A stretch of DNA of 62,997 bases, filler included, from Globobulimina sp. (Eukaryota): assembly GCA_003354225.1 (NCBI GenBank). It is 12 parts of 12 records of this genome, joined end to end, with 100 filler letters (N's around TTAATTAATTAA, not from the genome) between each part and the next. Parts side by side here need not be neighbours in the genome. Positions count along the whole stretch, not along the records: positions 42,100 to 47,250 come from PIVH01000694.1; positions 47,351 to 52,500 come from PIVH01000695.1; positions 52,601 to 57,750 come from PIVH01000696.1; 9 more parts are not named here. One strand, written 5' to 3'. Positions 45,331 to 54,553 of the stretch are shown here, piece by piece. The notes beneath the pieces were generated by a model. It saw nothing but the letters and a program-made list of their open reading frames with translations, was not told the DNA's origin and searched no databases. Within the stretch, counting starts at the first letter, position 1. Each line of letters opens with the position of its first letter. Both the position numbers and the translations under genes were made by a program.

Positions 45331-46788
45331 ATGAGTCGAGTAACAATTAAATACGGAAAGAAGAAACATAAAAATATTGAAATAAATGCAACAGATTCAT
45401 TTGAGTTTATTCAAGGGATAATTTTTTCTTTAACGCAAGTCTCGCCCGATCGACAAAAAATAATTATTGGTGGTAAAAAATTAGAAAATGATGATGATGT
45501 CACAAAATTAATAAAAAATAAGGTCTTGATAACTGTAATGGGCTCAAATGCCAAGAAATCAGTAATTAACTCAACAAATACAAATAAAACAAGCATAAAA
45601 TTTTTAGATGATATGACCATTGCAGATAAACAAAAACATTTAGCCGAATTACCTCCGGGTTTATACAATTTGGGCAATACATGTTATTTAAATTCGTGTA
45701 TTCAATGTATAAAATCCGTAACCGACTTAAAAAGCCATTTAAAACAATATTCGTTATTAGCAAATGCTAATAATATGGCGAGTAAATTGGGCAAATTAAT
45801 GATAAAATTAGACGCAAATTGCGACGCCGTGGTCCCTCAAGAATTTGTGCAGTATTTTCGTGGAGAATTTCCGCAGTTTGCCTCCCGAAATGAAAACGGA
45901 ATGTGGCAACAACAGGACGCAGACGAAGCATATACAGAGATATTGTCCTCTTTACGTCTCGATAATACATTTTGCGACAAAACGAAAAACACAAATGTCA
46001 TAAACGAACTATTTGAGGGCGAATTTGAAACAAAATGCGTTTGTACGGAGTCATCGGACGAGTTGGAATTGAATGTTACGGAAAAATTCATAAAATTACA
46101 ATGTTTTATTGATATTAATACGCGTCACATTAATGATGGAATAAAAAAAGGATTCATAGAAAATGTGGAAAAAAGATCAGATAAATTAGGTCGAAATGCA
46201 ATTTGGGCCAAAAATAAATCCATTTCGGCGTTGCCCAAATATATTAGCGTTCAGTTGGTGCGATTCTTTTGGAAACAGAAAAGCAAAAAAAATGCAAAAA
46301 TATTAAGAAAAGTAATATTTCCGCAAAAATTGGATGTTTATGATTTTTGTAATGAGGATTTAAAAAAAAATATTGAAAAATATAGAAAATTCAAGTTGGA
46401 AAAAGAAGACGCAGAAAGAGAGAAAAAACAATCGGTAAAAAATAACGAAAATAAAAATGAGAATGAGAATGAGAATGAGAATGAACATAAAATGGATGTG
46501 GTAGAGGTAGAGGATGAGGATGAGAGTAAGGATACGGATAAGGATGAGATGTTATTATTAAATACTGGATTTTATGAATTGTGCGGAATTATAACTCATA
46601 AAGGACGGTCTGCGAATAGTGGACATTATATTGGATATTCAAAAGATTCGGAAAGAAATAAATGGTTGAAATATGACGACGAAGATGTGACTGAAATAAA
46701 ATCGGATGATATTAAACAACTTTATGGCGGCGGTGATCATCAAATGGCATTTTTATGCATATTCTCAAGAATTGAACCTCAGATTTAA
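45331..46788 (+). CDS. USP14: Proteasome-associated deubiquitinase USP14/Ubp6
   Basis: N-terminal UBL (VSPDRQKIIIGG), GLYNLGNTCYLNS, QQDADE, RFFWK, KILRKVIFP, THKGRSANSGHY and GGGDHQMA. Confidence 0.95.
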   Translation: MSRVTIKYGKKKHKNIEINATDSFEFIQGIIFSLTQVSPDRQKIIIGGKKLENDDDVTKLIKNKVLITVMGSNAKKSVINSTNTNKTSIKFLDDMTIADKQKHLAELPPGLYNLGNTCYLNSCIQCIKSVTDLKSHLKQYSLLANANNMASKLGKLMIKLDANCDAVVPQEFVQYFRGEFPQFASRNENGMWQQQDADEAYTEILSSLRLDNTFCDKTKNTNVINELFEGEFETKCVCTESSDELELNVTEKFIKLQCFIDINTRHINDGIKKGFIENVEKRSDKLGRNAIWAKNKSISALPKYISVQLVRFFWKQKSKKNAKILRKVIFPQKLDVYDFCNEDLKKNIEKYRKFKLEKEDAEREKKQSVKNNENKNENENENENEHKMDVVEVEDEDESKDTDKDEMLLLNTGFYELCGIITHKGRSANSGHYIGYSKDSERNKWLKYDDEDVTEIKSDDIKQLYGGGDHQMAFLCIFSRIEPQI

Positions 46789-47350
46789 TTAAGACCATTT
46801 TGCCATGATTTTATCCCAAACTAACTTGTTTTAAACAACTTTATATTTGTCATTTTGCTTAACTTGCCTTTTGCTGTCAAATTTCACTTTTTTCAAAAGT
46901 CGATCACGAGTTTCTATTTTGTTTGTTTTGAATAATTGCAATCACTTTCTTTAACAGCAGCTTTTTTTATGAAGTTAAGGTTTTGGATGACTAGCTTACT
47001 TCGTTAAAATCACCTCACAAACTAGGTATGAGCACACTGACTCTTTCGTCATTTTGTTAGACTTTTGTGTTGTTGTATTGTGTGTGTATTGTGTTAATCA
47101 GATAGGTTCTAAAAAGAAAGACTTCAATTCTTCGTTTTGACAAAGTTAGACATGAAATAAGATATTATGTCGCTTTTTTATAGAAAATTTCTATTCTATT
47201 TGTTTTATGAATGAATAAGATATTATGTTGCTTTGTGACCCAAAGGAAGCNNNNNNNNNNNNNNNNNNNNNNNNNNNNNNNNNNNNNNNNNNNNTTAATT
47301 AATTAANNNNNNNNNNNNNNNNNNNNNNNNNNNNNNNNNNNNNNNNNNNN

Positions 47351-49642
47351 TTCATTTTCAGCATCATTTGAACATCTTTCGCATAGTTTTATATCTTTGT
47401 TAGCTGAGATAAACACAATCGTATACTTCTTGCCTGGCAATGGATCCCCGCATTCATTGCAAACTAAACACCCCTTATGATGCAAACCGTTCTTTGTCTT
47501 CAATGCCCTGCCAATGATTACTCGGTTGCAGGTTGCACACACTCTCACTTCTCGGCGTTCTCGCACATTATCCAATTTCCGCTCACTTTCATCATCAGAA
47601 GTGAACAAATACTGATCTCGCAATGGCGCCATTAACTGACTCAATCCGCTCAATCCCATTGGAGTCAATCCCGTTGCCATTGGCGTCATTGGCAAAACAA
47701 TCAAACTGCCCACACTGTTCACGGGGCTCTTCGGTTCATCCACTTCGCTCGGTTCGCGATCGTCCATCCAACCTTTAATTACATCGTCTTTTTGTTTCAA
47801 TTCCTTCTCCAACGCAGCAATTTTCTGCTTCAAATCATCATTCTCCGACTCTAATTTATCAACTTTCTGTTGCAATGTTTTTTTATCAGCCAACAGCTCA
47901 ATGATTTTGGGCTCAACGTCGAGTTTCACAAATTTCATCACGGCCTGTCGCCGTTTCTGCGGTGCGGGCGTTGGTAATATGTCAATTGACTCCACATTTT
48001 CGGTGAGCACGTCACTAAACGCATTGATGTCTGCAGTGTTCAGTTGAAATGAATTCGAGCTCATTCTGCGATGTTCATTTTCTTCCACGGTTTGCACTCT
48101 TTTTTCAAACTGTTTGATTAATTCCTCTTCCTCTGCTTTGGCAAAATCATAAATTTTATTATTGATAAGTTTGGCTGCATTCCATATAGAACTTGATTTT
48201 GATGATAAAGCTCTGTGCATTTTACTGATATTTTGTTGGTTGTAACATGCTTCGCAAACTCTCACCATTCTCGTGGGCTGCTTCACTTTATTTGGTCTGG
48301 ACTGCAATTGCTGCGAAGAGCACTTGCTACACACCACAAAGCCGCAATATCTGCAATGATGCCGTCTATTCACCATTGAAAACTTCACGGAACAGTCGTT
48401 TAACATACATTTATCGGTGAAATCATTCGGAACTGAATAAAGCAGCAACAGTGAGTCAGTGACACTGACAGTGAACAAACTTAATACAAACTTAACTGAA
48501 TAACGTTTTGGCGAATATTTTTCTTTCGTTTGTGTTGATGGAGGACGGCAATGATGTGAAATAGTTGTAAGCGTCAGATATAGCATTAAACCATTCGTCC
48601 AATGAGTGCTTGTTTGCAGCATATAACATAAATGATTCATTTGTGGAATGAATCTCAAATAAATGTTGTATTTTGTTGGCGTTTATTTCCGGCGAAGTTT
48701 TGTTGATTTTAAATTTGGAATTGAACTTCAATAAATTGCCAAATATCAACCTGTCGCCAATCATAGATTGCGAAGCGTATAATATACAATCATTGAATAA
48801 CACGAATAAGTGATACTGATCATCATTTTTCTCAATTTTGCAGAGTTGGCCTTGTTTTTTAAATATCCTCGACGGCGTCACTAAATTTGTTATTTTGCCA
48901 TAAAATCGGTTTTCAATATTTTGAACTTCAATTCTTTGATCAAATTCTTTCATTTTTTGGTTTATTGAATTGTTGACTTCAGATATTTTGTTCAATGCAT
49001 TTTTTAATTGTTGCAAGTCGGGATGCTGAGCGTCTGTATTTTTTATTATTTCCTCTAATAACATTTTATAGCGAGGCATTCGTTGAATGGGCAAAATAAT
49101 CAATGATTCAAGCGGCAAATTGTCAAAATATTTTTTTTCTTGCTGCTTATCACAAAATATACAAAATGCGGATGTTAGCTTCTTTCTTAATTGACATAAT
49201 TTTGTTGCGGCATATTGATAGTTATTAAGGTAATGTTGATACATTTTCTATTTATATTATAATATATAACAAAAAAAAATGCAATTGGGAGTTTTTAAAG
49301 CGGGAAAATGCGAAATAAACATACAAAAAGTGGACAAAATGCATATATGATATCACCAATTTTTGAGTTTTCATTGTTGAATTTCTTTGATTCGATTACT
49401 TTTGTCAAATCACTTAAAAATGTACGATTTAATCCAAGTATCGCATGGATATCTGATGGAAATAATACTTTATGATCTTCTGTTGATAAAATATGCGTAT
49501 TTGATCGTAAAAATATAACAAAATCTTCAACCAATTTGCTCAGTAAATGAACATATGTTTTTTCTGTAGATAACAACTCTTCAATCGCTTTGCGTCTTTT
49601 TCTTCCTCGTCGGGAAAAGGATCTTATAGTTGCCGTTGACAT
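47351..49642 (-). CDS. Rho GEF with DH-PH-FYVE (FGD-like) plus coiled coil and LIM domain, 2 introns; 3' truncated
   Basis: ELLSTEKTYV, LILPIQRMPRYKMLL, LFNDCILY, RRHHCRYCGFVVC and LIM CATC...HKGCLVCNEC. Introns 49324-49248 and 48496-48433. Confidence 0.9.
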
Positions 49643-49692
49643 TGAACTATGTGCAACTTAAACGTTTTCCAAATTTTATATATACATAATAC

Positions 49693-50314
49693 ATGGAAGG
49701 TCGTAAAACAGATTTACGTTACAGTAGTTTATCACCATCGTAAGTGCCTTTATTTTGTGTTATTTTAATAATGGTAATTTCTGTATAAATAACCAGAGGC
49801 CGGTACTATCAACGCCAATGTGGCATTTTCTTTCTATATATGTTGATAATTGGTTTCTTGTTGTTGGTCGTAGATCTTTATTTGATAATTGATGTAAAAT
49901 TCTATTATGAAGCATGGTTAGTATTTGCGGTTTGGATATGGCTTATTTTAAGTTCATTGGGGATTGTTTGCAATCTGGTTCAAGTGACCGATCATGGCGA
50001 ATATATGCAAATTAAAATGGGTCCATTCACAAAAATATGGTGTGGTTGCGCATCAGAGACAATTTATTATAAAGATATAACCCATTATGCAGTTACAAGA
50101 GTATGTACGTATGGATTACGTTATGATATGGACGGTGTGAAAAAAATGACAATTTGTTCACCAAAATGTAATCATTCAAGAAAAAGAACGTGGTCCAAAT
50201 GGGTGTGGATTTCCAAATGGAAATTGTGTTATTATCAGCACCAATGATCCGGATGGTTTAAAAACATTATTAGACGAAAAATGCAAAAACAATGCTCAAG
50301 TTGCTGATCTTTAA
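49693..50314 (+). CDS. Small two-TM protein with a Cys-rich PH-like tail; apparent frameshift near 50170-50190
   Basis: Intron 49740-49796 links ATG 49693 to ORF 49840. A plausible C-terminus (CVIISTNDPDGLKTLLDEKC) lies in another frame. Confidence 0.5.
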
Positions 50315-50514
50315 TGTTACTGCAAACAACAGAGTCGACAGTGCACAAAAAGTCACTGTAAATGTTATATGAATCCATCACAAATAAAACAACTTGGAAG
50401 CAGATATTTTGTGTAGTGTTGCAGATTAAATAATGTTTGTTCGTGTTTTCAGACATAACAAATGTATTTGTATACAATTATAGAAACGAAAATTATATTT
50501 CTGAATCTGACAAT

Positions 50515-52026
50515 TTATTCATTCTTATTATTTATTTCCTTCTTCTTTTTCTGGTGTTTATCATATGCATTCAATGTGAAATGACGTTGAGAATCAGCAT
50601 CAATCAAAATCAATAATCGTTTCATTTCAGGTTTTAATTTATTCTCAAACTGCTTTGGTAATGTCTTTAATCCAATTTTGAATTCAGGTTTATTTAATTC
50701 ATAACAAAATTGCTGTAACTTTTTCAAATCATTTACAAATTCACCAAATGTCGAATATTGTTTATCATGTATTTTCTGTTGAATTTGATACAAACTGCAG
50801 ACGCCAACATTTTTATTATTCAAAGATTTAAATACATTCAATGTCGGTGCTTTTAACATATCATTTATTAATTCACTTAAAATCGGATGTAAATCATTTG
50901 TTTTTTGGATTTCTTCCATATTCTCACTTATTTTTTTTATCCTTTCTTTCTCTTTTTTTCCTACATTTCGCATCATTTCAGTAACTTTGTCTGAATTAAT
51001 TGAACCTATATCTTTTTTAAACGAATCATATGTTTTATATTCTTTTTTTATACAAGTAGCAGTATACGATGCAACTGGTCTTTTTATGCATTGTTCTGTA
51101 AACAATACGTTTTCATAAATCCCATCCAACTGTTTAATTTGACAAACATTCAAATCAGAAATACTTTGTATTTCAACAATAATCCGCTTCAATAAATTCA
51201 CAAAATCCATTCCAACTGCGATGCGATTCAGATGAGTTTCCATATGCCTCTTTAAATTGTGTTTTCGTTTAAATGCTTGACAACATTTACTGCATTTAAA
51301 TGGCCGGTCACTGCTATGTGTTAACATATGATTTGTCAAATAACAGCGTCGCTTAAATGCAGAGGAACATTGACTGCATTCGAATGGCCTGTCATCGCTA
51401 TGAGTTGACATATGATTCTTCAAATGAGCTCGTTGCTTGAATGCAGAGGAACATTGACCGCAAATAAATGGCCTTGCTTCAGTTGCTTGGAAAGAGGTGG
51501 CTGTCATGCTGCTGTTTGGCAATTTACTTTTTTTGTGGCCATTGTTATGAGTTTTCATATGCGTTTTTAAATTCTGTTTTCGTTTAAATGCTTTAGAACA
51601 TCCATTGCATTTAAATGGCATTGTATTGCTATGTGTTACCATATGATTTTTAAAATTACCGCGTCGCTTAAATGCAGAGCAACACTGACTGCATACAAAT
51701 GGTTTTGTTGCTCTTTTATGAGCCGGCTTCATTCCATTGGGTGCTGTGGATTTCTTTTCGTTATTTTGTTGATTTACGTGTATTATATGGACATTTTTAA
51801 AATGTTTTTTTAAATCTTTTTTATGTTTAAATGGTTTGAGACATTGGGAACAAACAAATTGCTTTGGACCACTATGTTGAATCATATGTTTTGTTAAATC
51901 TTGTTGTTTTGTAAATAATTTGCCACATTTGCCACATTTTCCACATTGATGTGGCAATTCATTTTTACATAATTTCATTCTAGCTTCAATTTGTTGATAT
52001 AATTTACGATTTTCCTCATTTTGCAC
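50515..52026 (-). CDS. Seven-finger C2H2 protein with a degenerate bromodomain-like C-terminus; 5' end unclear
   Basis: Seven CxxC...HxxxH fingers with (R/K)PF linkers. SLYQIQQKIHDKQYSTFGEFVNDL...CYELN. An out-of-frame TPR-like fragment IDPNNVKAFMRLG lies just upstream. Confidence 0.8.
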   Translation of the reverse strand: MQNEENRKLYQQIEARMKLCKNELPHQCGKCGKCGKLFTKQQDLTKHMIQHSGPKQFVCSQCLKPFKHKKDLKKHFKNVHIIHVNQQNNEKKSTAPNGMKPAHKRATKPFVCSQCCSAFKRRGNFKNHMVTHSNTMPFKCNGCSKAFKRKQNLKTHMKTHNNGHKKSKLPNSSMTATSFQATEARPFICGQCSSAFKQRAHLKNHMSTHSDDRPFECSQCSSAFKRRCYLTNHMLTHSSDRPFKCSKCCQAFKRKHNLKRHMETHLNRIAVGMDFVNLLKRIIVEIQSISDLNVCQIKQLDGIYENVLFTEQCIKRPVASYTATCIKKEYKTYDSFKKDIGSINSDKVTEMMRNVGKKEKERIKKISENMEEIQKTNDLHPILSELINDMLKAPTLNVFKSLNNKNVGVCSLYQIQQKIHDKQYSTFGEFVNDLKKLQQFCYELNKPEFKIGLKTLPKQFENKLKPEMKRLLILIDADSQRHFTLNAYDKHQKKKKEINNKNE

Positions 52027-52600
52027 GAATTTGCTGGTTACTGTCGCTGAGCATGTTTCATTGCATGCTCAGCGACACCTAATCTCATAAATGCTTTCAC
52101 ATTGTTTGGGTCAATCTCACTTGTTTTGAGTCTGTATATTATTTCGGTTAGATACAAGGAAAGCACAATTGATTTACACAGCAAAAAATTAACAAACAAA
52201 AGTAAATGATCAATATCAAAAAGAAAAACGAAAAAGCACGAAACAACAATTAAGATCACAATCTGTCAAAACATAAGGTATCTTCTTTCATATCCTCTGA
52301 ATTTGTTGTGATATTTAATGATATTTTAAATTGTGTTTGATTTAATTGATTTAACTCTTTATTCATTAAAAAATATTCATTATATATCCAACTACGATCT
52401 CCACACCAGTTATGTGCTGCTTTTATTTGTATACTTTTCAATGATTTATGTTTAAACAAAATATCTCCCCAAAATAAACTAAAAAATGATGATAATAAAA
52501 NNNNNNNNNNNNNNNNNNNNNNNNNNNNNNNNNNNNNNNNNNNNTTAATTAATTAANNNNNNNNNNNNNNNNNNNNNNNNNNNNNNNNNNNNNNNNNNNN

Positions 52601-52917
52601 CCTGAAATTAGCCTGTGGCTCCCTGGCTTATGGTTAACGCTGTCCATGACCTTCCACCATTGGTACGGTTGCACGCATTTTGCTCGCGAGATTATGGCCC
52701 GATTACGCAAATATATTTATATTGTGGGCGCCTCTGCCATTAAATACGAGGAGACGCAGTTGGTGGTCTGGCAAGCGTTGATGGCTAGGATGACGAGAGA
52801 GTGCCATTTGTTGCACGGCGATGACGAAGGATTTAAGGATTCGGTGTACAGATTCTTTGCTGACACTGGAATGGAAGGCATATTGCCGGCGATATGGGTA
52901 GCAAATGATTTGTTAGG
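52601..52917 (+). CDS. Internal exon of an unidentified protein
   Basis: Frame open from the contig edge with coding-like GC content, ending at a candidate GTTTGT donor. Confidence 0.4.
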
Positions 52918-52940
52918 TTTGTTACATTTTTATATACACT

Positions 52941-54428
52941 TTAAGCGCTCAGTAAATCTATGCTTAATTTGCTTGGCTTGGCGTCGGGTTTCACATTGTC
53001 TGCCTCGCTTCGTTCGGTGTGGTGTATAACGTTTGATAGTTTAGGTTGCATTTTAGCCGTTTTCTGTGGTGATAGGAAGTATTTATTTGATATGTTTTCT
53101 ACGAGCTGTTGAATGTTAACGCTGTTTGCATTGGAGAACAATAAGTCACATTGGTGTTTCTGTGGTGCTTTTGTTGCTTTGATTTCGTTTGAGTTTAGCG
53201 TCTGAGCGAGATTTTGCGTCAATTGGGTTATCTTTTTGGCAGTTTCCGGAGAGTTTGAATATACGTGTTGTGGAAAGATGAATTTCGGCGGTTTTTGATG
53301 TAATTGTTTGTGATATAATGACGAATATGAATGGCTTTGTTTTTGTGTTTGCGGAGTGAAGATTTTGTTTCGATTTGGTGTGGAACATTGTGTGTCGTTG
53401 TCACTTAAGCAGTATTTTGTTGGCGTTGTATAAATATGGTGGTACCTTTTGTATTTGTATTTTGCTTCGAGTTTGGGAATAAATGTGCAATGTTTCTCCA
53501 GTTCTATCTGCTCCGATGTTTTGCCTCGCACTTTTTGTGCGTTTTTACAATTTGACGGCACTGCAAAGCCCTGTTCACAATTGAGCATATCACAATATTT
53601 TGGGGCACTGTTTGGTCGATAATTGTCAGTATCGGTCAAATTGCAACATTGCAACAGGCGATGGGACTGTTTTCGCGATTTGTTCATATTTGGTCTGAAT
53701 GTACACGGATCCAATTCCTTTTGCTTCATCGCGTTTTTGTATTGCTTTCGTTGTATTCGCTTTTTATACAAATTTTTGTAATGGGCCGTATGTAATCGGT
53801 GCACAGTTTGCGATCGCGATGGATGCGGACATTTATTGGCTGTGCCAAGTTGAGTATTGATACAATGTATAGCTCGATCAATATTTCCACCGTGGAACAA
53901 CTTATTTAATATTTGACTAAATTCATCGGGATAGAACGAGTCGTCATCGTGGAATTGCTTTGATAATATCGTATTTAATGTGTTTGAGAATGTTTTAAAA
54001 TCAATTTTTCCGTTTTTATGTGCACCGTTTGAGGCATACATAGCTCGCCATAACCTCCGCATCATTGGGTCTTGCGTATGGAACATGGCTAACTGAGTTA
54101 CGCCGTTCTCAAATTGTGATATGTTCATTTCACGGTGTTTGCCGCCACAAACTTTGTTATAAATGCGTGTCAAAACGCATCTGTATTGCTTACTTTGTGT
54201 TTGTTTTGTTGGAGGATTTGGTGTTTGTTGATGTTGATACTTTGGATATAATTGTTGCGGGTGCTCGTCATCGCTGTTTTGTGTGGAAAATTGGTTAATG
54301 AAATGATGCAAATCTGAATTTGTAGATGATTGGCCGCCGTCTGATGTACTCGGTGTTGACGAAATTGTCCTCAATGCCTGGGATGTTGACGGCAATTCAT
54401 TTTTGCTTAAAATATACCTTTTTTCCAT
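52941..54428 (-). CDS. Hypothetical protein with an EF-hand-like segment and CTFxP repeats
   Basis: NGKIDFKTF, ELDPCTFRPN and EKHCTFIPK. Confidence 0.65.
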   Translation of the reverse strand: MEKRYILSKNELPSTSQALRTISSTPSTSDGGQSSTNSDLHHFINQFSTQNSDDEHPQQLYPKYQHQQTPNPPTKQTQSKQYRCVLTRIYNKVCGGKHREMNISQFENGVTQLAMFHTQDPMMRRLWRAMYASNGAHKNGKIDFKTFSNTLNTILSKQFHDDDSFYPDEFSQILNKLFHGGNIDRAIHCINTQLGTANKCPHPSRSQTVHRLHTAHYKNLYKKRIQRKQYKNAMKQKELDPCTFRPNMNKSRKQSHRLLQCCNLTDTDNYRPNSAPKYCDMLNCEQGFAVPSNCKNAQKVRGKTSEQIELEKHCTFIPKLEAKYKYKRYHHIYTTPTKYCLSDNDTQCSTPNRNKIFTPQTQKQSHSYSSLYHKQLHQKPPKFIFPQHVYSNSPETAKKITQLTQNLAQTLNSNEIKATKAPQKHQCDLLFSNANSVNIQQLVENISNKYFLSPQKTAKMQPKLSNVIHHTERSEADNVKPDAKPSKLSIDLLSA

Positions 54429-54553
54429 GGCACATTTTTTAATACATTTACAAACTCATAATATAAATTCTGGCATTATAATGACATTAAAAATATTTAA
54501 TAAAACAGTATAAAAATATAAAATGGAAAAAATTAACAATTTTAATTTGTCGC

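Noticed and set aside
46458-46485. (GAGAAT)n repeat shared with 56832-56860
   Set aside because: Ordinary coding microsatellite giving Glu-Asn runs.
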